Source: Octopus vulgaris (lineage: Eukaryota). From it: a stretch of DNA of 64,000 nt. The notes below the pieces were generated by a model. It made no database searches, had not been told where the DNA came from, and saw only the letters and a list, made by a program, of their open reading frames with translations. The stretch lies in assembly GCA_951406725.2 (NCBI GenBank), contig OX597829.1, positions 57,040,001 through 57,104,000 on the forward strand, written 5' to 3'. This document shows, one piece after another, positions 13,055 to 24,725 of this stretch (position 1 is the first letter of the stretch; each line of letters starts with the position of its first letter). The translations under genes and the position numbers were made by a program.

Positions 13055-14109
13055 CTGAATTTTATATACATATATGGATATATATATATACATATGTATA
13101 CGTGTGTGTGTGTGGTGTGTGCATGTGTGTGAGTGTGTGTGTGCATGTGTGTGAGTGTGTGTGTGCATATGTGAGTGTGTGTGTGTGTATTATCTTTTCT
13201 ATTTTTAATTTCTAAGAAAATTTGTTCAACTAAATGAACTCTAGTGTGTTTAGAATCAAAATGGTGAGTTTATTCTTTGATAAATAGTATTCACTTTCTA
13301 GAAAAAAATATTGGTTTCGTCTGCATTATACAAATTCTTCCATTCAACAATTCTCATCTTTGAAAAATTTAATTTTCTAAAAAAAAATCATTTTTCTTTT
13401 AAAATCTGAATTTTTAAAAATTTCTATTTTTTCAAGTTATGTTTACTATAAATATCATTTGAAATCATCATCATCATTCTGTCATGCTACAGTCAAACTA
13501 GTAGTACCATCACCACTAGTATCGTATTGCTCCATTGTCACCATCATCATCACCATCAACTGCTCTGCTCTCTGTAACAGTCAGGCTACCACCACCACCA
13601 CCACCACATTACAACAACTATCATCGCTGTTGCCAACCAATATTAATGATGACCACCACCAAAAAATATGTTGTTGGACTACTGGCTCTCATAGGTCTTG
13701 AGTTCAAATCAAGTGTTGCGTCTTAATTGTACATTTTCTAAGACTGTTCACAAAGTTTAATGGATCCCTCATTTGGTTTTGACAATAAGGATTCAGTTGT
13801 TTGATCTCAACCTACCTCAGAATTATCCTGTAAGTGACTAAGTATTCCACAGACGCATAGACCCTTAATGTTGTCCCCAGGTAGAGTCAACATGACACTA
13901 TGTATGATGACATTCATCCGATGGGGTGCTATATAGTTTCCATCTACTCAGTTACACACCAAAGTCATGGGAAATGACATTCAGTGGGATTGAACCAAAG
14001 AACTTGTGGTTGTGAAGTGAACTTCTTCAACATTCAGTCATGCAGCGTTGGCATCGTTCACCTGGATATCGGGAACAGGTTTGAGGTCTTTTGAGAATGG
14101 CACAGGGAG

Positions 14110-14690
14110 AGAATATGAATAATGGAGAAATAATAAAGTTGTGAAAGTTTTACACTGGAAACTTCTTCAAAAATAGGGGTTTGAAGCAGGAAGTACCTGG
14201 TACAAAGAATAGAAATAGTATTTGAGTCAGAAACATGCAAGATTTTATGGGATCTTCTCACTGAAAGGGATAAGAAGATAGAACATACGTCAGATATAAG
14301 AGACAAGGAATATTGAATTTGCTTACTGATTGATCCATCGTGTCCATGTGATACAAGGATTGTGATGGAAGCAGATGAAAAGTTTAGAAACAATACAACC
14401 TCCTTAAGATTTTGAGATTTCAAGGATTTGGAACATGAAATCTGTAAAGATTGTATCTGTAATAATTGGTGCATTAGGGACTGTGAGTAATGATATAGAC
14501 AAATGGTCGAAGGAGCATCTACAAAAGGTTTGCCTCTTAAGAACTGGAAAAAATGATCAGAAGAGTTTTAAGCACTTGAAGACATAGTGAAATTGTGGAT
14601 GTTTAAGGTTACAGGTAGTAATCTGCAACCCACATAGATTCTACCAGGAATAATACCAATTCTAAGTTGAATAATAATAATAATGATAAT
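14110..14690 (+). mobile_element. R4/Dong-like LINE 3' fragment (restriction-like endonuclease region)
   Basis: KILWD..., CLLIDPSCPCDTRI and VIIGALGTV motifs; ends in (TAA)n. Confidence 0.65.
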
Positions 14691-14696
14691 TATCAT

Positions 14697-16130
14697 CATT
14701 TAGTGTCAGTTTTCTATGCTGGCATGGGTTAGACAGTTAGACTGGAAACTGGTAAACTGGCAAGCTGTACCAAGTTCCAGTTTGATTTTGGTTTGGTTTC
14801 TATGGTTGGATGTCCTTCTAAATGTCAACCAGTCCAAGAGTGTATTGGGTACCTTGCATGTGCCACCAGCCCAGGTGCTTTTTCGTGCCACCAACACAGG
14901 TGCTTTCATGTGTCATTGGCATGGGTGCTTTTACATGTCACTGGTATTAGCCACAAATATGATTTCACTTGGCTTGATGAGTCTCTTCTCAAGCACAGCA
15001 TATTGCCTAAGGTCTCAATCACTTGTTATCACCTGCATGAGGCCCAACATTCGAAGATCCTGCTTCACCACCTCATCCCATGCCTTCCTGGGTCTACCTC
15101 TTCCACAGGTCCCCTTTACAGTTAGAGATCAGCACTGCTTAAGCAGTTGTCCTCATCCATACACATCACTTGACCATACCAGCACAGTCTTCTCTTTTGC
15201 ACACCACATCTGATGGCCCTTAAGCCCAATTTTTCTCTCAAAATGCTTACACTCTGTCATGCGTGCACACTGACATGGCACATCCAGTGAAGCATGCTAG
15301 CTTCATTTCTTTCAAGCCTTCACATGTCCTTGGTAGTCACAAGCCATGTTTCACTTCCATGTAGCATCGCTGTTCACACACAGGCATCATACAATCTGCC
15401 TTTCACTCTGAGGTAGAGAGGCCCTTTCTTACCTACAAAGGTAGAAGCTCTTTAAACTTTGCCCAGCCTATTCTTATTCTAGCAGCTAAACTCTCAGAGC
15501 ATCCACCTTCATTGCTGACTTGGTCACCAAAATAATGGAAACTATCAAATACTTCTAAGTATCCTCCTTAGCATTTGATGCTAAGTCTATTCTCTGTACA
15601 TTTCTGTTTCTGTTTATTGTACCTGTATATCTTGCCACACACAAAGACTATTTTCCCTGTTAACCTTCCTCTGATATTGCTGCATCTCTTATGTGTCTAT
15701 AGCTTGCACTGGGTACACCTTATGGAGTTTCTACTACATATTGAGCAGGGCCATCTACCTGAAGGGATTTGTGATTTGTTTGCTTTCATACCTACTAAGT
15801 CTTTGGTTTTTGCTAAATTAACTGTAAGGCACTTTGATTCCAGACCTTGCTTCCACACCTGAAATTTTTCCTTCAGTTCTGGTAGTGATTCAGCTATAAG
15901 AACATTGTCAACAGCATAGAGGAGCTCCCAGAGACAGCCTGACTTAAATTCCTCTGTTATTGCCAGGAGGACTATGATGAATAAGAGGGGGCCAAGGACC
16001 AATCTTTGGTGAACTCCTTGTACACTGAATTCTTCACTATATGCATTGCCAACCCTCACATTACTGACAGCATCCCTGTACGTGGCTTGTACAGCTCTCA
16101 CCAACCACTCATCTATCCCTAGTTACTGCA
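14697..16130 (-). mobile_element. RTE LINE fragment (RT C-terminal part to 3' tail), degenerate
   Basis: GVHQRLVLGPLLFIIVL..WELLYAVDNVLIAES..WKQGLESK.L.VN..KTK; continues into the shared 3' UTR. Confidence 0.9.
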
Positions 16131-16134
16131 ATGG

Positions 16135-17035
16135 TTGTAGAACATGAAAGAAGAAAAATTTACATTGTTATGAAGGAAAGTAGGAAATTTGAGGAAGAAT
16201 TAGGAATACATAATGAAAATTTTGAAAATTATGGTGATTCTGCAATTAAAACTGCAAAGAACATCGAGATGTTGGCAAAAAATGAGGGACAATAGGAACT
16301 ATGCACTCAATGTGAACAAGAATCATGTCCTCTGTAGCAAAGAACCTGATGTTGATCAAACTCTCATCTATCAGTGGCTATGGAGTTGTAGACTAAAAGC
16401 AGAGTATGTGAAGGTTTCGTTTTTGGCTGGATAAAACAGAGTGTTTCAATGTGCAACTTTCAAGCCTATGTGATCAGAAATAAAACTCAAAGTATCAATT
16501 TTGCAATGAGCAGGTTGAGAATATTGACCATTTTGTTTCAGGCTGCAAAAGTTTTGGCATTACAGAAATATAAAACTAAGCAGGATAGAATAGGGCATTA
16601 TTTACACTGGGTAATATGCAGCTCTTACGGCATAAACACAGAAGAAAAAAGGTACAACCACCATCCAGATGCAGTAACAGGAGACGGTTATGAGTCAATC
16701 CTTTGGGATTTTCTTGTGAATACTAACAAAATGATCACGGTTTGTAGACTTCATATATTTGTGAAGAATTGTGAAAAGAAAAGCATGTCTTTTAATTGAC
16801 ATGAGCATAATATCTGACTGTAACATCTGGAAAGGGTACCAAAGGTTCGGTAAATATAAAGATCTGGTAACTGAAATTGAGAAAACGTAGCATCTTAAGG
16901 CCTGTACAATACCGGTGATGATCGGTGCACTCGGGATGATGAAAAAGGGACCAGATACCAGGGAAGCCATTCTTGCAAGAAGTACAGAAAATAGTGCTAA
17001 CTGGCACTGTACATGTTTTGAGAAGGGTATTATCA
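16135..17035 (+). mobile_element. R4/Dong-like LINE fragment
   Basis: ENIDHFVSGCK, QDRIGHYLHWVICSSYGI, NHHPDAVT, ILWDF and PVMIGALG motifs, frameshifted. Confidence 0.75.
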
Positions 17036-17336
17036 CACGTAAAAAACACCATCCGAGCGTGACCGATGCCAGCGCCGCCTTGACTGGCTTCCGTGCCGGT
17101 GGCATGTTAAAAGCACCAACTGATCGTGGCCACTGCCAGACTCCGGGGGCACATAAAAAGCACCCACTACACTCACGGAGTGGTTGGCATTAGGAAGGGC
17201 ATCCAGCTGTAGAAACACTGCCAGATCAGACTGGAGCCTGGTGCAGCCTCCTGGCTTCCCAGACCCCAGTCGAACCGTCCAACCCGTGCTAGCGTGGAAA
17301 ACGGACGTTAAACGTTGATGGTGATGATGATGATGA
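17036..17336 (+). mobile_element. Truncated RTE 3' UTR copy (others ~25880-26403 +, 26477-26790 -, 28720-28890 -, 36925-37240 +, 46225-46480 -, 59035-59500 +, 62466-62990 -, 63085-63550 +, 63715-64000 +)
   Basis: Shared hairpin units, core sequence and (GAT)n tail. Confidence 0.85.
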
Positions 17337-17509
17337 TAAAGACATCTACTGTTATGGTGACAGTTATAAGCCATTTGATTGTTAAATGTATTACCAAATC
17401 TAGCCTCAGGTACCAACAAGATGACACTCAGGAAAATATGGAAAAAGATGCAAAATTCAAAGCAAGTTACAAATAATAATAATAATAACAATAATAATAA
17501 TAATGATAA

Positions 17510-18490
17510 TCCTTTTCACTATAGGCACAAGGCCTGAAATTTTAGGGGGAAGTGGACTAGCTGATTACATCAACCCCAGTGTTTTACTGGCACTTAATTT
17601 ATTGACCCTAAAAGGATGAAAGGCAAAGTCAGCCTCAATGGAATTTGAACTCAGAATGTAAAGACGGATAAAATAACGCTAAGCATTTTACAGTTCTATA
17701 TTTTGCCTGGTGTGCTAATGATTCTGCCAGCTTGCCAACTTCACCAACTTAATAATAAATAATAATAGCAATAATAATAATAATCCTTTCTACTATAGGC
17801 ACATCATCATCATCATCAGGCACAAGGCCTGAAATTTGGAAGGAGGGGCTAAGTTGATTACATTGACCCCAATGCAAGACTGGTACTTATTTCATTCACC
17901 CAAAAAAATATGAAAGCCAAAATTAATCTCTGTGGCATTTCATGCATCTTTATGTTCTGAATTCAAATTCCTCAAAGCATTTTGTCTGGCATGCTAATGA
18001 TTCTTGCCAGTTTGGTGTCTTAAGAATGATAACAATAACTTCTGATTTAGGCACAAGTCAACCATTTTCAGGGAAGGTGGTTAGTTGATAAAGATGGCTC
18101 CTGTACTTGACTGTTATTTTATCAACCCTCAAGGAACGAAAGGTTAAGCTGACTCCTTTGGAATTGGGCATTTTGTCTGATATTCCACCAATTCAGCCAT
18201 TTCATTGAATATTGGTGAAAGATGAGAAATTTTAGGAGGAGGAATGCACATGACTGAAGCTTTATCAAACCCTGGAAGGATGAAATGCCAAGTTAGCCTG
18301 GTTGAGAGTTGATCTCAAGGCCAGAAATATTGGGTGCGGAAACTAGTTGATTAAAAAAAAAAACGAATTACTTGAATGTTACTTTATTTTGTCAACCCTG
18401 GAAGAATGAAAAGCAAGATTGGCCTTGACTGGATTTGAGCTCAGAACATTAAGTGCCAGAACAAGTATTTTGTCTGATGTGCTAGCAGTA
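17510..18490. mobile_element. Cluster of degenerate copies of one SINE-like family (also 8480-8640, 46550-46750, 47100-47290)
   Basis: The motif aggcacaaggcctgaaatttt..gaccccagt..aaaggatgaaaggcaaagt..gaatttgaactcag recurs about five times between (TAA)n runs. Confidence 0.7.
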
Positions 18491-19278
18491 ATAATTATTT
18501 ATATTATTTACATTCGACGGATATTTGTCCTCATCTCGTTTGTTTGTTGTTAACACGTTTCGGCTGATATACCCTCCAACATTCTTCAGACATCTTGGGG
18601 AAATTTCGAACTTGGGTTCTCATTCCTAAGGTATTTTTCAATATTATTATTATTATTATTGTTAGTGTTCAGGTAACTTGGAATCAAACTCAGAATCTTG
18701 GGGTTAGTAGCCTGCACTCTTAACCACTATGCCATATGCCCATGGGCATAATGTAAATAATGTACATAATTCCTCATCTCTTAAATATAGAACAATAATT
18801 TATCATTTGCCACAAGGGCAAAGGAGACATTGCATAGACAAATTCCATAAACAGATGGTGAGGAAGATTTTTATGCAAATTTACAAAACCTCTGGTAAGG
18901 CTCCCACCACCCAGTGAATCATTCCCTCGGTAAAATGGTGACATCACTATACATTAGACTATAATACAGAATGGTAATGATGATAATAATACTAAATAAT
19001 AATAATAATGGTGTGAAGTGCTTCAATGCTTAATTGACTGATTGTGAACAATTGTTTGGATAAGATGTTGTTGTCTATTGTTCAAACAAACAAACGGGAT
19101 TATGAAATGGAGAAAAAAAACTAAAAAAAAAGAAAACAAAAGCAAACAAAAATACATAAAGACATGCATAAAAATTTATGTTAATAAAAAATGAAAAAAA
19201 AAAAAAGAACAAAAGACTGGAAAAAATCTGAAAGCAAAAACAAAATGACTAAAAAGACGCACTGTTTGTTTATTTTTA

Positions 19279-19320
<42 letters not shown>

Positions 19321-19461
19321 TATCTAGATACAGTTACATACTTACATATATGTTGACATTGTGTATATTATATGTGTGTGTGTGTGTGTATACAAACACA
19401 CATAGATAATGTTACATAGATACATGACACGCAGTGACAGATACATACATACTCACACAAA

Positions 19462-19495
<34 letters not shown>

Positions 19496-19640
19496 CACAC
19501 ACACACATATAATACATATGTGTATACACATGCACACACAATGTATGTGTATATGCACATAGGCAAACCATACATTGTGGTTTGCATACATATGTATGCA
19601 CTCACACATATATACACACGCATATGTATGTGTGTGTGTA

Positions 19641-19687
<47 letters not shown>

Positions 19688-19715
19688 ATATATATATATA
19701 ATATATATATATATA

Positions 19716-19766
<51 letters not shown>

Positions 19767-20725
19767 ATATATATATATATATTCAAATGAAGCTGCACTT
19801 CTGACAAACAATTGGAAACAATTCCTAGCATTGCTGATTTATTAGTCAAGATAACAGTTGTAGGTGCAATGACAGCAGGGCAATTATAGGGTACCAATAT
19901 AAGGCAGGGTGGGAAAGGGGTATGTAGGTGTGAGTGGCAAAGGGATGAGTAAGGAAGTGACAGCAGAACAATTATAATGTACCAATTATGTTGCTGGGTA
20001 GGGTAAGGGTGTATAAGTGTGGGTGAGAAACGGGTGGGTAAAAAAAACCCAAAAAACAAACAAAGGCTGAGATGGGAAATAGGTGAGAACTGCCTGAAAG
20101 GGGGAAGGAGACAGCAAAGGGAAGTGGTGAGGGGGCAACATTGAAAAGCATAACAAAAACCATGAAAAAAAACAGCAAATGCACGCTGGGGGGGGGGGGT
20201 TGATGTGGTCATTTGACTTGCTAGGAACAGCAGCCAATTTCCACTCTACTCTTTTACAAATCCAGACACATTAAATAGTGAAGTGTGACATACAATAGGT
20301 TTAAAAAACAAAGTGTGATGGCCATGCATGGAACATGTTTGATCATATATCTGCTCAATAAGGGGTGACCTGGTGTTAACCAACAATAAAAAAAACAAAT
20401 ATGTAAAACATAAACCCCACCCCTACCCAATGGCCAGGAGTTGATCCATAGATTTCTACCTGTATGTGGACACCCGGGTAAGGCCTGTTTGTGGTAAATT
20501 AGAAGTTACTCATGCATGAAACACTATTCCTCTCCAAACCACTGATGTCTGTTCAAATGAAAGGTTCCTACCATAATAATGATGCAGCCCAGCACCAATA
20601 CTGTTGCAGACATCATTGTTAGAACAAAAGCAAGGAATACTCCAAAACATTTTCTCCAATATCCTAAGAATTCTGTTAATCAGCCACCCTGGAATGGTGT
20701 TTTAATTTGCTTTATATAAAATTAG

Positions 20726-23527
20726 GTAGCAGAGGTTTAATCAATGCGTTCACACGATATACTTCTCAAGACTACCAAAACATTCTACTACTGACCTCTA
20801 CTCTTTATAAGAGTTTGGCTAGTCTATTCTCCAATCCACCACAGGCATCAATGAGTCTCATCACATCTCCCCCTTTGAGATTGACTTCTGTTGGAAGTTA
20901 ATATTTTTATTTATTTTTCTTTCAACAACATCTCCCTTTTTGAGATTTTTCTCCTAGGGGAGTTTAATATTTCTTCTATTTAGGCACTACTTCCAACAGT
21001 TCTGTTTCCTCTTTCCTGTGCTGTTTCAACTAGATTCGATTTCTTTTAGCATTGGAACATCAAAGGTGTCATAGAACACTTCCATGGGTATATCTTTTCT
21101 TTTTTCTGTATATCTATTTTTTAGCTGGTTTAAATACCTTTTGTGTTCCCATTTTTCGCCTCTTATATCTCATTTTGCCTATTCTTTTTTTACTACTCCA
21201 TCTTCCCAAGCTTGTCTTCCATTTTTATATATTTTGAAAAACACCTTGTCACTGATATTAAAAACTTGGCATTTTTAGTGTTTTCCCCATCTTACTTGTG
21301 TAAAATCATAGCTCCGATACCACTTTCGCTAGCATCTGCTGCTACAACTATTTCTAAATTCGGGTCAAAATGTGATAACGATAATTCTGACATTAAGACA
21401 TTTTTAATTTTTTCAAAAGCTTTTTGGCATTTGTCCGACCAGTTCCAGTCTTTTTATAATAAGTTATTCAGGAATGCTCTTAAATTGTACACATTTGGTA
21501 TGTATACCTGGTAGTAATTTGTAAGCCCCCAAAATGCTTGTCTGGTCTGTGTTCATTTTTGTCAATAATCTGCCCTAAATATTTTATTCTTGGCATAAAA
21601 AATTCACTTTTCTTCACCGAGCTTAAACCCACAATCTTTTCATCTTTTGAAGATCTTTTTAACATGATCAGCATGCTGACCTCAAGATTCACTTTTTATG
21701 AGTAAGTTGTCAAGTGAAATCCAAACCTGTGAGCATAATGACCATAATTTGTTGGAAAATTTATACAACCCTTTATGGGTATTTATTGTCAGTAATTTTG
21801 AACATTCCTCATTGACTTTTACCTGCAAATATGCTTCAGATAGGTCCAGCTTAGAAAACCTTCTCCATTCAACTTTGCGAAAATTACTTCCAGACTTGGT
21901 AACAGATAATTATATGGCATCAAACATTTGTTTAATTCTGTTGAGAAATCAGTGCATACTTGGATTTTATTATATTTTTCTTGACATAGACTGTAGGGGA
22001 CAACCATTTCATGTAATCAATTTTTTTCAATAATGCCAAGCTTTTCAAGTCAATCCAAAGCTACAAAGAATATTTCTGGGAAAGTCCCATAAAGTTAAAG
22101 TTCCATCCAGTCTGTTCCAAATAAATCTGTCATATTTTTCAACACAAAAACATTGGCTTTCAAACTTTTTCCACCAAATGTAACATCACATATCATTTCA
22201 CCCATAAAATGCAACTTTTTTTCCTGAAACACCTCTCACAATTTTCGAAGTTTCCTTTAATCTAGGTTTCCCTATTTTTCTCCATGAATCTGAATTAATA
22301 ATTGTGATATCACTGTCCATATCCAATCGTAACTTGATATTCACATTATTCATTTTTCTGGGCACAAATTTTATTTTCTGAGCCTTGCCTAGAATTTTTT
22401 TTTAGTAATACATTCTTTCTAGAATTGTTTTTTCTTTGACCCTTTTTTTCTGTTTCACTATACAATGTGACCTTTTATGTCCAAATTTTTCCACAATCAA
22501 AACAGTTATGATTTTTAAAAGGACAATTACTTTTAAAATGTAAACCTCTGCAACTATGGCATAGATTTGGCTTAGACGCTTGTTTTTCTTTTTTCTTATC
22601 CATTTCAGGACGACATGCATGTATCTGAGAGAAATCTTTTTCTTCAATCTTATCTGCGTCTTGCCTTAGATTTATAATCCTCTGGCATTCTTTGGCCACT
22701 GCCTGTAGAATTAATTTTTGGTCCTGTTCTAATTTTGTTAATATTCAGGAACATATATCAGCATCCATTCTTGCTGTTAACCCTTGAACAAAAATTAGAC
22801 ATTTGAACATCTGGGGTTAGTCCATTTAATTTGAATTTTTCATACTCACCCCAGCATATGTGACAAAATCATCTTTTTTGACTATATTTAAATATTTCCA
22901 ATGAGTATTGAACCTGGAACTTCTTTCACTGAAAATTCTTGATAATAAATTGTTTCATCGAAACAAATCTCATCTGGTTTCTTCAGCAGAATATAGTTAC
23001 AGTATTTTTTCTGTTCAGCAGGGGATAACTTTCTCAAAAGTAGTTGCACCTTCTTGTCATTCTAATTTTTACATTCTTCTTTGAAGATTTCTTCGCATCT
23101 TCTCAAATACGAAGAAAGAGTAGTTCCCTCTTCTGGGTTATAAATAAATTCTCCATTTGAATTTGCTATGCTGTATTTTCAGACTTCTTCAACATTACTT
23201 CCAGTAACTGTTGGTATTGTTGTTGTTGCTGTTGTAATTGTAGTTGTGACTGCTGTTGTTGCTACCATGTGAGCCAACGAGTCTTCCCTGTTAAATAAAT
23301 TTTTCTTTGGTTCCATACCAAAAGAAAAAAAAAATTTAAATGCCCTACACAAGCTTTGAATATCTCATCGCTACTTTTATATCCTACCATAGGTTGATAT
23401 ATATATAGTGGAGGTTTAATCAATGTGTTCACACGATGTACTTTGCGAGACTACCAAAATGCTCTCCCTGACTACCACCATCCTCAACTCTTTATAAGAG
23501 TTCGGCTAGTCCATTCTCAAAACCACC
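20726..23527 (-). mobile_element. Gypsy (Mag-like) LTR retrotransposon, internally deleted and degenerate
   Basis: Direct LTRs ~20726-20850 and ~23407-23527. PBS-like tagcgatgag and PPT aaagggggagatg. Gag double CCHC (CHSCRGLHFKSNCPFKNHNCFDCGK.GHKRSHC), protease LDMDSDITII, RT (VCTDFST, IKYLGQII), RNase H (HFDPNLEIVVAADAS). No integrase seen. Confidence 0.9.
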
Positions 23528-24129
23528 TAACCCTAACCTGGAAAAACATGAAAACAAAGTTGACCTTTGTAGCATCTGAACTCAGAACACGCATAGGAAT
23601 TCTGTCCAGTTTTCTAAGAACTTTGCAAATTGACAGCTTTAGCAAAAAAGAAAACCAAAAAGATCCCAGATTAAATTTTTTCTAATAATTGGTATAATAA
23701 ATTTTGAACAATTTGATAATCTTAATTATCTAATCAGGCAGACCAATGACCAAACTCATTCAAACCATTACAAATTCTTATTTCTATCCATCTAGAATTA
23801 GACTATTCTATGTATCACTTCTCCTTTTTAGATGCTAAGGCATAATTTGAGGGAGTACTAGCTACTATGTCTTGTAGGTTGTGTAAACAGAGAGGCTCCT
23901 ATGTTAGCTCAGTAATTCTCAGTATCATACAAGTGGCTAAAAAAACCATAACATTTTTTTCTACACAAAAAAAAAAGCTGTTTTGTTACTTGATCAAACA
24001 GGTATGAGTAGACGGTACCGATGGAGTCTAGCAAACTGTATCTTGACTTACTCCTTGACTGTAAACAAAGAGCAAGCTGTTTTCTTGCTTAGCTTGTAAA
24101 TTGATTTTAAATAATTTAAATTATTTGCC

Positions 24130-24246
24130 CTTTTCTTTGAAAGACACTGATGCTACAAGGATTCATAAATGATGCTATAGGATTAATTTTCTTTCTCCTA
24201 CTAACAGGAAAATTTCAATTAAAATCTTTGGTACATATTGAAGAAT
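24130..24246 (-). pseudogene. FANCA: Exon remnant (ILQYVPKILIEIFLLVGERKLIL*)
   Basis: cactttccag| acceptor. ILQYVP resembles FANCA ILLRLP; stops follow. Confidence 0.45.
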
Positions 24247-24422
24247 CTGGAAAGTGGAATGGAGTCACCAAATATGGTTACCATATCAAATTAATTTCAA
24301 AAACCAATTTCAAAAACTTGGTAAATGTTAGGAGAATATTAAAATTTGTAATACACACACATCTTTATCTCTTTACAAACAAATTGGCATTTATAGGATT
24401 CCAGCATTTCAGTTCTCATGCA

Positions 24423-24453
<31 letters not shown>

Positions 24454-24455
24454 AT

Positions 24456-24725
24456 TATATATAGGTATATTGGTGCAGACAGGAAAAAAGAACTTAAAAT
24501 ATGAGAATATGTATATTTTTATTAATATTTAGCAGAAGCAACAGAGAGACTCAAAGTCTGAGAGTTTCGTGCATTGGCGATTATCAAAGTAGTTTGATAA
24601 GTGCCAATGCACGAAACCCTTGGACCTTGAGTCACTGTTGCTTCAGCTAAATATTAATAAAAATATATATATTCTCATATTTTGAGTTCTTTTTTCCTGT
24701 CTGCACCAATATACCTATATATATA
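24456..24725. repeat. ~270-bp near-perfect palindrome, centre ~24590
   Basis: The left arm tataggtatattggtgcagacagg...ttatcaaa is the reverse complement of the right arm tttgataa...cctgtctgcaccaatatacctata. Confidence 0.95.
24590..24637 (+). ncRNA. Type I hammerhead ribozyme motif, U3:A8 core variant
   Basis: TAGT-TTGATAA-GTGC(CAAT)GCAC-GAAA-CCC(..)GAG-TC-ACTG. The opposite arm has a perfect stem III (ACTC/GAGT) but a damaged stem II. Confidence 0.6.

Noticed and set aside
24150-24464. Plus-strand 104-aa ORF with an acceptor-like ctaacag
   Set aside because: No recognisable homology or partner exons; it overlaps a minus-strand FANCA-like remnant.
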